Part shown: positions 34,301-43,961 of the stretch, piece by piece
Position numbering within the stretch: position 1 is the first letter of the stretch
Layout: every line of letters begins with the position of its first letter
Assembly: GCF_964204645.1 (NCBI RefSeq)
Contig: NC_134028.1
Location: 15,011,653 to 15,075,652 of the forward strand
Source of the DNA: Tubulanus polymorphus
Lineage: Eukaryota > Animalia > Nemertea
Direction: 5' to 3'
Length of the DNA stretch: 64,000 nt
Position numbers and translations under genes: made by a program
Notes under the pieces: model-generated
What the model was told of the DNA's origin: nothing
The model's input: only the letters and a program-made list of their open reading frames with translations
Database searches by the model: none

Positions 34301-36387
34301 TTTATGGGGCATCGCCATTTTTATTATATACTGATGCCTCCGATGAAGGTATCGGCATGGTCCTGGCGCAGGTCCAGGATGGGCAAGAAAGAGCAATTGC
34401 ATATGCGGGGCGAGGATTGAATAAAGCGGAGAAAAATTATTCTACAACGGACCGTGAACTCTTAGCTGTTGCAGCAGGAGTCAAAAAGTTTGAACCCTAC
34501 TTACGGGGATATCATTTTGAGATTATCACTGACCACAGTTGCTTACGGTATCTTCAGACCATGAAAACACTTTCGGGTCGTGTTGGCCGTATTGCACTCT
34601 ACTTAGAGCAATTTGACTACTCCATATCGCATCGTCCAGGCAAGGCAAACGGGAACGCCGATGGGCTCTCTCGTCGCCCGTATCCCATTTCTGATAGTAT
34701 GGAAGACACTATCGACACGTGTGCTCTCGAGGCTGACAATGAGCGGCCTGTACCCGTCAACATGGGCGAGCTCCAGCGGTCTGATTTACAATTAGTGTGT
34801 CTTATAGACTATTTACTTGATGGTACCTTGCCAGATGATGACAAGGAAGCCCGGAGAATTATCTTGCAGTCAGACTACTTCTTTGTTGACGATGATGGAG
34901 TTCTTTACCATGTGGACTCTAAAAAGAAAATTGAGGCTGATGGGCCTCGTCAGTTGGTCATACCTAAAAGTATGTATGCGGAAATGTTAGAGGCTGGTCA
35001 TGATTCAATGACTGGCGGTCACTTGGGTCACAAACGGACCTACGAAACCCTGCGAGCAAGGTATTACTGGCATGGTATGTATCGAGACGTTGAAAATTGG
35101 ATTAAATCCTGTAAGGACTGTGCGACTAAGAATCAGCCAGGGAAGCCCATTAGGGCCCCGGTTAACCCCATAGCTGTCACAGGGCCGTGGGATAGAGTCT
35201 CAATGGATGTCTGTGGTCCTTTTCCAACAACGGACTCGGGAAATAAATACATATTGGTCTTTGTCGACTATCTTACAAAGTGGGTTGAAGCTTTTGCTAT
35301 GACTAATCAAGAAGCCACGACGGTCGCTACGATCTTTTATGAACAAATCATTTGTCGCCATGGGGCGCCCTCTGTTTTGCAGAGCGATCGCGGAACAAAT
35401 TTCCTGAGTAAATTAGTCAGCGAGGTTTCGCGGCTGTGTAATACGCCACGGGCCCGGTCCAGTGCGTATAGACCACAAACTCAGGGACAAGTCGAGCACA
35501 TGAATCTTGTGATTGTCAAGGCTCTGAGCATGTACTGCAATGAACGCCAAACCGATTGGGACGAATACCTTTACCCCATTCTATTTGCATATCGGGTAAG
35601 TCCAGCTTCGGATACGTCGCAATACTCGCAATTCTACCTCATGTATGGCCGAGAACCGAGGTTGCCGATGGACGTTGCTTTACTTAATCCGAGGGACGTT
35701 TACTTTGATGCAGGAGGCTTTGTCCAAGCAATGTTGCCAAAGTTAAAAGAGGCCAGGAAGTTGGCCAAGGCTAATATCAAAAAGGCGCAGGAGAAGATGA
35801 AGGAACGTTTCGACAGGACTGCCGTTCCCCCAAATTTCGCAGTAGGTGATCAAGTGTTGCTATTCACTCCAAAGAAAATAAAGAGGCTTAGTAAGAAATT
35901 GCTTCATCAATGGACGGGCCCTTATCGAATTGTCCGACAGATTTCTCCTGTATCTTTCATTTTGGAGAATGAGAGGAATCAAGAGTTGGCCGTCCCAGTA
36001 CATTGTAATAGAATGAAGCATTTCTTTTCAACGGACATTAGGCCGCTCGAGGACGACATACCTGAGAATCCACCTATTGACAGGGAGGACGGGGATCAAC
36101 CTGAGGAGGGGCCTGTCCTCGCACCGGACGATCCGGGCGATCAAAATCAGCCTGCGAATCCGGTTGAGCCAATCTATTACGTAGAACGAGTGATTCGTCA
36201 CAAAAAAGAGAAAGGCATTCTGAAATATCTTATAAAATGGGTTGGCTATGACGATAATGAGAACACGTTTGAGCCAGCCGAAAACCTGCCTCCTGAAATC
36301 ATTCGAGCCTATTGGGATGACCATGCCGCTAAAGTGAAGCGAAAAACTCGTAAAAATAAGAAGAGACGTCGAGAAAGAGACGACTAG
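31330..36387 (+). CDS. pol: Gypsy pol: long acidic N-terminal extension, protease, RT, RNase H, integrase, chromodomain
   Basis: LIDTGA; WRFCVDYRGLN, YLDD; TDAS...RELLA...TDH; H...GGHLG...CKDC, D-D-E; YYVERVI...KYLIKWVGY...NTFEPAENL. Uninterrupted 1685 codons. Confidence 0.97.
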   Translation: MGSRNEWSTEPSPDSAIRSDFWWDDSYSYHRYDDDSPVIDDYIFNDVDDYFEDDRDDIFDMSFDQGNMLADSFSLYFEPEGNCNVDYLDEHEPLHLNKFIDHHTPSWGANDVYDIQDRNFGDSWRDNTQLSFDGNFYMDRGSNFEDCWMNNSQLSVTREPVKRHKRVTFSDPVELQEVRADMACSGDNISVDRSHPRGVNGPTDSAEDDLFRDKKSQLNCHERTLDQYNYPVTSESAVQCDLVSVDLSNNSSRSECRNDHHDTETVVSNVSNQGSTSKNCCQLFEKEQDRPVTSNTSGFHQPIGNEMSNAQDRGQVVPTSEPIMPTNDNVGIGDSNSEFQPTIHYQEQLPPITTTLGNTPTNDIWSLSSQNNPIEQEVYSPSIMATVANRVTGSHSGTPLSILIDTGAEISVLSNDYFTTHPQISNGPLQVGQFQSARGVDGTKFDLRGVICVDFVLGNLEITHSMYVVDGITSDVILGADFLEQNQAVIDYARKALLLPGADAIYFNNTVNLGKSSSVKVTRMTVIPPSCEVIIDGKYSIDRTQASVAVFEPANQLRAHDLMSARSVVDVTQSGIPVRVMNPTSRHVTLYEDMCLGHLWTDGWSLDQSLKNEGNSGQLTRPPEVSVTHVDYPQTSADIGIPEIDMSDSDLSVSQKAELLELIRSYRDIFARTPDELGKTDLVKHVIDTGDAAPIRKRPYRASPAMQEVIDTHVKQMLDMGIVQHSTSPWAAPVVLVRKKSPDGDVKWRFCVDYRGLNAVTRSDSFPLPRIDDLLAQVGQAAPTFFSSLDFLSGYWQVEVDEASRDKTAFITQSSLLEFKVLPFGLKSAPSTFQRLTGGLLRDLVGKFCLVYLDDIICYSNSFDGHLIHLAQIFDRFRESGLRLNPKKCRFAVKTIDFLGHRISKDGIATDPEKVAAVQEWPVPTTLKELRSFLGFTNYYRRFCKGYSTMAAPLHQLTKKGVPYRWDASCQQAFDTLKQAMLEAPVLAFPIYGASPFLLYTDASDEGIGMVLAQVQDGQERAIAYAGRGLNKAEKNYSTTDRELLAVAAGVKKFEPYLRGYHFEIITDHSCLRYLQTMKTLSGRVGRIALYLEQFDYSISHRPGKANGNADGLSRRPYPISDSMEDTIDTCALEADNERPVPVNMGELQRSDLQLVCLIDYLLDGTLPDDDKEARRIILQSDYFFVDDDGVLYHVDSKKKIEADGPRQLVIPKSMYAEMLEAGHDSMTGGHLGHKRTYETLRARYYWHGMYRDVENWIKSCKDCATKNQPGKPIRAPVNPIAVTGPWDRVSMDVCGPFPTTDSGNKYILVFVDYLTKWVEAFAMTNQEATTVATIFYEQIICRHGAPSVLQSDRGTNFLSKLVSEVSRLCNTPRARSSAYRPQTQGQVEHMNLVIVKALSMYCNERQTDWDEYLYPILFAYRVSPASDTSQYSQFYLMYGREPRLPMDVALLNPRDVYFDAGGFVQAMLPKLKEARKLAKANIKKAQEKMKERFDRTAVPPNFAVGDQVLLFTPKKIKRLSKKLLHQWTGPYRIVRQISPVSFILENERNQELAVPVHCNRMKHFFSTDIRPLEDDIPENPPIDREDGDQPEEGPVLAPDDPGDQNQPANPVEPIYYVERVIRHKKEKGILKYLIKWVGYDDNENTFEPAENLPPEIIRAYWDDHAAKVKRKTRKNKKRRRERDD

Positions 36388-36433
36388 TACGTGGTTTCGA
36401 GATTACTGATTCTTGCTATCCCTATTTTTCAGG

Positions 36434-39067
36434 ATGCAAATTGTCGTAATCTTGGTGGCCATATGGTCGTCGGCCTATTGTCTGATGCCCTCGACGGTCT
36501 TGAGGCCAAACTATGGTGTCGCCTTTCATCGGATTGGAGGAGTCCATAATGGCGACAGTGCCTGGTTTCACACGTTCGCGATACCATGGCTAGTTGTTAA
36601 TGACCCCCCGAGTAAAGGCTTGCGGCTACGCTGTTCTCTTGTCCAGCCAGAACTTCGTTCTCACTGCTCCGGCTATTTGGAAATGTTTCGTGAGGCGCAT
36701 CGCCTACAGTTAGACACGTTGACCCATATCAGGGGACAATTGGCTGATATGAGACAAATGATACCTGATGCTGCAGATACCGACTCACGAAAGAAACGAC
36801 ACGCCAGTGGGCGCAGGGTCAAACGTGCACCACTTTCATTTATCGGATCGATTTCGTCTTCCTTGTTCGGTACTGCTACCGAAGATGAAGTTCAGCAAGT
36901 AGAAAATCACGTCGAAAAAGTAGAAAAAATAGTCAAGTTGAATTCGGATCAAATCACCCACATACAGGGGACACTCTCTTCATTTATTAACGCGACTGAC
37001 AAACGAATCAGTAGCCTGACCTCTGCATACGTGGCCAATTCAAAAGAACTTAAATCAATTCGAACGACACTGCTAAAGCAAAGTGTCGATGCGAGTATGC
37101 TAGCATTGGCGTCTGACATGACAATAAGAAATATCATCCTAGTGGAACGACTGACGGCAGTTTCCAGTGAGTGGTTGCAGGGGGTTGAAAAGTTATTGGA
37201 GGGATATTTGCCTAGAGCCCTGGTTAATCCAAAAATGGTTTCGAAGGTTCTTGACGATGTGTCCGAAAAATTAAATAGGATGCATTCTGGGTTTTCAATA
37301 GCTAATAGGGATGTAGGCTATTATTACATAGTTAAGGATGTGTGCTTTACTAAGACCGATAAATTTGTTTACATATCAATCAAAATCCCCTTGCAATCTG
37401 GTCAGACATATTTTGATTTATACTCGGTTGTCTTAATGCCAGTGCCAATAAACGCAACGTCCTATAACACTTCAATGATTGTTGGTACAGCCCCTTATTT
37501 TGGCGCTACTAGGGACGGTAGTTACTACACTGAAATGGGTCACGATATATTTGCTACTTGTTATGGAACCGATGTGATGACTTGCCGGCAGCGCGTGTCC
37601 ATGCGCGAAGCAACCGTAGAATCATGCCTGAGTAGCCTTTTCTTCGATAAACCCTCACAGGTGCTAGCATTATGCCACATACGGTATGAGGTCCAGGGCC
37701 TGGCCGAACTGGCAGTCGACGTAGGGGATGGCTACTTTGTTGTTTCAGGCACTGACGATTTTTGGACTCTCGCCTGCCCTGGCAAGTCACCAAAAGCAAT
37801 AAAAGCATGTCGTTTTTGTTTGATAAAAATTGGGTGTGCATGTGCATTGCGTGGATCAAAATTTTTTGTGCCCGGTAGAATTAACAAATGTATTAACCAA
37901 GACACGGTGACCATTGCGCACGCTGTTAATCTACCAGTCCTACATAGTTTCTTTTCAAAGAATGTAGTGTCCAACGTTACTGGAGCAACAATGTTCCAGG
38001 GAACGCCATACGCACCGCTGCCTAGTCTGGATTTCAAGGCTAATAACTGGTCAAAAGTGGCTGCGGTGGACACTAAATTTAGCATGGATTTCAAAAAGTT
38101 AGCAAGAACCGTTCAAACTGACGCTAAACTGTACCGATCGCAAGCAGACGCTTTATTTGATCATTCTGAACCTGTTATTTCGTCTGGAACCGGTACAGGG
38201 TGGCTCACTTGGCTCGCTATTGGTCTCTCTGCGGGCAGCATGCTGCTCTCAATATTCGTTTTGCTAAAGTCGCAAGGGTCCTTATCAATTCTGGGAGCAG
38301 GACTTCTTCCGACCGCTGAAGCTATGGTGACTGTTCACCCCGCTATCCATGACCTACAACGAGGTGGCTGGAATAATACGGTCATTCGGGAGGTTGTCAC
38401 AGCCAAGAATGTGCGCGTCGATGTCGTCCTGTTCTTAGTTATTGTAGTAGGTATAGTTATAATTGTGTTCAGACCTTTATTGCGTGCTATGTGCTATAGG
38501 TGCCGACATTGTTTGCCTGCACCTTGTTCACCGGGAAAATATCCGGTTAGGCTAGCCATAAGGCTTAAGAATGGAATTCAGACATTGGACTTGCCTCTAC
38601 TAACATTGTCCGGTTGTGAAACGAGATGTTGTTTCGAGCCTCCAGCTCTTACTAAGGTTGCGTTACGAGTCGTTTGTGGAGTCGCCCGCTTGAACTTAAC
38701 CTGGCAGGCTAAGCAACTGACTTGTTCGCAAGGGACGATGTATAATCTGCCGACTTCCTGCTCGGTCCCCCTACGAGTAAGTCTCTTCACAATGAGACAG
38801 CTCGTGTCAGTTCCGAGTAAGGTTGTGGTTGTTGCGGTTTATCGGTCGTTTACTACCGAACTACGAGAAGCGACCCAGCTGACAGTTTCGTCAGTGGAAC
38901 CCGAGATCGTGGTTATACATGATGAGGCTCGGACTGAGCATGGGCCCGGTATACTGGCACTCACAGCTTCCCCTGGCGGCGATCTGTCGCCACCAGACTA
39001 TTCGGTGGGGATTCCCAGGAATTCGCTATTGGCTGATGCCAGTAGGCTGTACCCATATCTGTACTGA
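36434..39067 (+). CDS. env: Envelope glycoprotein, class I F-type (baculovirus F/errantivirus/paramyxovirus F-like), with long C-terminal extension
   Basis: Signal peptide MQIVVILVAIWSSAYC; furin sites RKKR and RRVKR followed by fusion-peptide-like APLSFIGSISSSLFGTAT; heptad region; Cys-rich segment; N-glycosylation sequons; TM WLTWLAIGLSAGSMLLSIFVLL. Confidence 0.9.
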   Translation: MQIVVILVAIWSSAYCLMPSTVLRPNYGVAFHRIGGVHNGDSAWFHTFAIPWLVVNDPPSKGLRLRCSLVQPELRSHCSGYLEMFREAHRLQLDTLTHIRGQLADMRQMIPDAADTDSRKKRHASGRRVKRAPLSFIGSISSSLFGTATEDEVQQVENHVEKVEKIVKLNSDQITHIQGTLSSFINATDKRISSLTSAYVANSKELKSIRTTLLKQSVDASMLALASDMTIRNIILVERLTAVSSEWLQGVEKLLEGYLPRALVNPKMVSKVLDDVSEKLNRMHSGFSIANRDVGYYYIVKDVCFTKTDKFVYISIKIPLQSGQTYFDLYSVVLMPVPINATSYNTSMIVGTAPYFGATRDGSYYTEMGHDIFATCYGTDVMTCRQRVSMREATVESCLSSLFFDKPSQVLALCHIRYEVQGLAELAVDVGDGYFVVSGTDDFWTLACPGKSPKAIKACRFCLIKIGCACALRGSKFFVPGRINKCINQDTVTIAHAVNLPVLHSFFSKNVVSNVTGATMFQGTPYAPLPSLDFKANNWSKVAAVDTKFSMDFKKLARTVQTDAKLYRSQADALFDHSEPVISSGTGTGWLTWLAIGLSAGSMLLSIFVLLKSQGSLSILGAGLLPTAEAMVTVHPAIHDLQRGGWNNTVIREVVTAKNVRVDVVLFLVIVVGIVIIVFRPLLRAMCYRCRHCLPAPCSPGKYPVRLAIRLKNGIQTLDLPLLTLSGCETRCCFEPPALTKVALRVVCGVARLNLTWQAKQLTCSQGTMYNLPTSCSVPLRVSLFTMRQLVSVPSKVVVVAVYRSFTTELREATQLTVSSVEPEIVVIHDEARTEHGPGILALTASPGGDLSPPDYSVGIPRNSLLADASRLYPYLY

Positions 39068-40540
39068 GGGCAGTATTTGAAAGCTATTTAAGAATAGCTA
39101 TTCTGAATAAGGGTGCTCGAATGCCCTCATTGGATTTGACGTAAGTATAATTTAATCAGTAATAAGGTCAGGATGCATATGTCCTGCAAAATTGTCGGAA
39201 AGTTGTTATTATATGATGATGAAACACAAATATATTAGGAATAAGTACTATTAAGCCTTTAAGTTATGTGAGATAAAGACAACCATAAAATAAACATAGA
39301 TTATAGGTTTAACTGTCGTGTTATTGGCCTATCGCCGTAATATCAATAATCTCCAGTGTTTATTATCCGTAGTCTGAGTAGAAGTTGTTAATTGTCAGTT
39401 AGAAAAGGAAGAGTTATGAAATTTTTATATAATCTCTGTGTTTTTATTTGATTGTAAGGTACCCTTATCGGATGTGTGAAGATGGGACCGTCGAGATATG
39501 ACAGCACTTTGATGGAAGAATGCCTTCTTCTGTCAACCGCAATAGATGTCGACGGGTACCCCCCTGATAGTGACCATATGGAGATGGGGACTTGTTGGGA
39601 GGTATCCTGAGACTCTATTCGACGCAACTGATAGTATGAGAAACCAGCAACTGGTACGCTCTGGTCGAGATGAGTGATATTAATTTGCCGATTCGTCAAA
39701 TAACGAAGAAACGGAGCGAATATACGACATACAACAGCGAACTTTGGGCGTTGGTTTTAACGGGATGGAATCATGCTCGATGATTCGTCATGCGATTCTG
39801 GCCATTGTTAGTGGTGTTTGTCACTCTCGAAGACTTGCTATATACTCACAAACTTAAGTGATGAAGGGTGGACAAAGACACCTGGCCAATGCGATACGAA
39901 ATATGAAGAAAAGTGATAATTTCCGTAGACATTTTAGCGGAGTAAAGCCGAGTGTGTTCAAGATGGCTCCCGTGTAGTTACATTAACATTCGATGGAATG
40001 TTGTTCGCTCAAGCCGTAAGATGCGAATACATTACTGTTCCGTTTCTATATTAACTGTGGAGAAAAGACTCCGATATAGTAACCGTAGTACTATAGCGTC
40101 TATGAATAGCGAGCAAGTATTCAGCTGAACATAAATGCGTTTTGCCGTACTATCAACGTAGCAGTACGCGCTTCGAGGAACTGCGGTGGATGACGTCATT
40201 CGTCCGTCCATGACGTACCTTGTTGTGTCTGGGAGCTATAACGTCACTTCGCGGTAAATTCTAAACTCAAACTGTGAACTGTTTTGTGCTTAACTTTCGA
40301 CTGTTTAGTGTGCGGGGACAGCGGTCTCGAATGAACTTTTTTCCGATTGGGTATCCAGAACTTTAAATGCGGTTTTATGATATACTATATCATGAACTTT
40401 AATATGCGTTGTAGTGTCAAACTCGTTACTCGTTATAATGAATTGTTTACTAATGTTCTTTTTCAGGATTTGTTCTAGAGGTATCAGCGGGATATTCACG
40501 AGTTGGTTTAAATTCAAAATTTCGGGACGAAATTTAAACT

Positions 40541-40553
40541 GGATAGGGAGTGA
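40541..40553 (+). promoter_or_regulatory. Gypsy polypurine tract
   Basis: GGATAGGGAGTGA immediately before the 3' LTR. Confidence 0.75.
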
Positions 40554-41821
40554 TGATCCGCAGCAAGATTCCGTAGTAACTAAAAAATGTTTGTAATGAT
40601 GGTTTTTGTTTGCGTTGGTGGTTTCTTTATGGGTATCAGACAGCAAACGATGTGTGCAAGTTGTTGTTTGATGCTTTGATCTACCAGCGCTGACAATAAA
40701 TCAGCCAGGGGTAAAAATAATTCTTCCTCGGTTCTTGTGCGTCGATATCTGGCAAACATTCAGAATTATTTTTAAAAACTTAAGGATAGACGGAACTGTA
40801 ATTGGTTGGGTCGGAACGATGAGGTGCTTTGATAGTGTGGTTTGTGCAGGGATCTCGCTGTTACTTCTTGATACTCCCGACTACTTTCTATAAAAGGAAG
40901 AACCGGAAGTATAGGAAGACATGGTTGTTTTGCTTTATCCTGTAGTATTATAGAGTTAGTAAAATTATAAATGAAAATTGGTATAATAAGTATAGAATGA
41001 TTTTAGATTTGATAATTAATTACATTGTATTTCTGAATCAAAAGTTTACTATTGTTGATTGGAAAAAGAAACGATGAGTTTGTTCCATAATCTAGGTGAA
41101 AACTAAGTTTTGAAAATATATCTAAATTAAGTATCCTGGATGTTAATTAAGGACAAGACCTTTATAATCGCTTAAGTTTTATGGAAGTTTAATTGTGGCA
41201 AATATCAATACTAGCTCTCTAAGGTTTCTGTTGGTGTACATGTCTGTTGGTAACTCGTAGAGAATAGCTGGTCTCTCAACGATGATGAGTAGGGAGTGAG
41301 TAAATCAAAGCGCGTTATGACAGGAGGGTTGGAAAGAAAAGTTACTTTGGCAAATCAGTTTCTCAAATAATTTTAGATTAGCAAATCATTAAGGCTAATT
41401 CTACATGTCCAAAACCGTCATGACAGCTAGGTTGCTGCTCCTTGCCAAAAGTCGAACGGGAGAGTCGGCATTCTAGGAATGTCGATCTTTTCTATAAAAA
41501 AGGCCCGCAGTCTTGAGAAAGCAGACTTACCAGGGACGCTCGTTAAAGATACTTGAGGTTTGGGTGGAAATACCAGAATTAAGACGGGTTACCAACAGTA
41601 GTGTACAATAGGAATTTGGAGTTAGGAATTGGACTGTGTACTATCTGGAGTTATTACTATCATCAAGGTAAATAAAATCTATATTATTATTATATTCAAT
41701 CAGAATTTCGGCATTTTAGTTTAATTATTTGGGTTTGTGCACGGACACGTTCTCTCGCCAGGGACCGATCTTTACGTTTTTATATTCAACGATTAAGGAG
41801 AGGATTGTGACCGGTGTATCA
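40554..41821 (+). repeat. Gypsy 3' LTR
   Basis: 1268 bp direct repeat of 26881-28148. Confidence 0.97.
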
Positions 41822-43961
41822 GTATGTATGGTGCCAGAAAGCCAATTGGATCATATATACTGCTCACATAAGATAGAATAGAACGTCTCGTAGGAATAGT
41901 ATCTGAAGTCTCGATATCGAATTTGAATACATCAGACTCAGCGCACCATAATATGCCCAGCGTACGTTCAGCTGGGAGACTAAAGTCGTAAGAGTTCATA
42001 TCAGCTACATTTTTTGACAACTTTGCTTCGTCTATTGATGAAAGAATGCAACGACTATTGCTTAACCATCCTGTTAAGCAAAATCATCCGCAATTACATA
42101 GATTACTTACGCCCGCAACGAGGTCTAGGGCTTCGCTTTCAGTTTTAACTGATTTAATGAAATCGTCGACATAAAAGTTTCTTAAAACACACTGGCGGAC
42201 TGATTCTGCTAAGTCGGTATTGTCATAAGCCGTCTGGTGGAGTGCATAGTTAGCACACGATGGAGATGATTTTGCTCCGAACGGATGAACAGTCAAACGA
42301 TAAATCAGCGGGTCGGTTTTCATGTCTCCGTCTTTCCACCATAGGAATCTAAGCAGATTGCGATCTTCAGGTGGTACGTGTATTTGGTAAAACATCTTAG
42401 TTATATCCGCCTTTATGGCTATTGCATTTTCCCGAAATCTAAGTAGTACGCCTAATAATGAATTCGTAAAGTCAGGTCCTTGTAAAAGACAATCGTTCAA
42501 TGAAACTCCGAAAAACTCGGAGGAACCATCGAAAACGACCCGTACTTTTCCTGGTTTTGCTGCATGCAACACCGCGTGGTGCGGCAAGTACCATGTTTTT
42601 CCGGAAACAGCGACATCGTACAATGGTACTGGCTCAGCATGCCCCAGTTCAAGCATAGTGTCGATAACAAGTTTATAACTATCGTATAGTTTCGCATCGC
42701 TAACTAACTTCCTCCTGAGACTATTCAATCTGCGCTCCGCGTAACAACGATTATCAGGTAAACAGACGTTTTCCGACACAACAGGCAACTTAATAGTATA
42801 GTGGCCATCACGCAAATTTATCGATTTATCGACTTGCTTGAGGAAACGCTTATCTAATTGCGACAGTTCTTGTTTCTCAGTACCAAAATGATCCGGAAAG
42901 TCCAAGGCCATCGCGCCACGAACTAGATTTTCTAGGTTTTGGTCGTGAACTTCTGTAATGGCTGTACTAGCGGTAAAGAAGGAGCTCGCCTCCTTAGGGC
43001 ACAGGTTCCAAACGACCCAGCCTAGAGCGGTCTTACAGGCATGCGGAGAACCAGGAGGTCCCGTACGCATCTCTACTGGCGTATATGCCTCTGCGATATT
43101 ATTACCGATTAGAATTCCGATTTGTTTACAAGGTAATTCAGCGACACTAACATCGTGAAGATGCGGCCATTTTCGAACATCTTCAAGGTTCGGTACATAC
43201 CTTGACGATACGGGAATATCAGCCTTTGAATAGGCTCGCGGAATTAAAACAGATTCGCCGGTCCAATAATTGTGAACAGATATATTATTTAATGCGTATG
43301 ATTCGATTACATTGACACTATCGATTGTCTGTACCGACAATGTACTTTTCTTTCCCGAACAATTCAATTGTTCGCGAATCTGATCACTAAGAAACGTGAT
43401 GGTACTTCCAGGATCGAAGAACGCATATGTCGTGACGGATTTTGTACCATTTTTAGTACTCAAGCGCACTGGAATGATTGCTAACGAGCAGCTACTTTGG
43501 ACTCCTGTATGCCCCGTGAGTCCTGTTTCGCTAGGGCCGGTAACTGACGAATTTATACGATCACGAAAATGTAGCACGGTGGGGTGGCTCTTACCACATT
43601 TCTCACATACCATTAAATTTCTACAAAACTTCTTACGATGACCGGTCCTTAAGCATCCAAAGCATAGTGAGTGACGTTTCAATAGTTCCGTTTTACTTTC
43701 ATCGGTGTCTTTTTCGAAAGACTGACAATTTAGAAGATTATGCGATTCGTCTTTACAGAAAATGCATGGTCTGCTAATACTATTTGCTGATTCGCTCGGA
43801 TTCGATTCGACCTTGTTAAAACGGAATTTATCGTCGGCGGTTCTACGTTTTTCACTATAATTAGCCTTGTGTGCACTAATAGTGAAGCTTCCAGACGGAC
43901 GAGGACTTTTTTTTATACGGAGCTGGTTTTACGCTATCAATGAGTGATGTGCTTTTCATTA
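41822..43961 (-). pseudogene. BEL gag zinc knuckles, protease and RT
   Basis: CIFC...H....C, CFGC...H....C, CEKC...H...LH; FFDPGS; VRVVFD, DITKMFYQI, YVDD; stop at 42084 and frameshift in the poly-T run near 43910. Confidence 0.93.

Larger units (their letters stand above)
26881..41821 (+). mobile_element. Ty3/Gypsy (Metaviridae) element with env, chromodomain and accessory ORFs
   Basis: 1268 bp TG...CA LTRs; 4 bp TSD GTAT (26877-80 / 41822-25), whose removal restores BEL APYILPAK; PBS, PPT, gag, pol, env. Confidence 0.97.
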
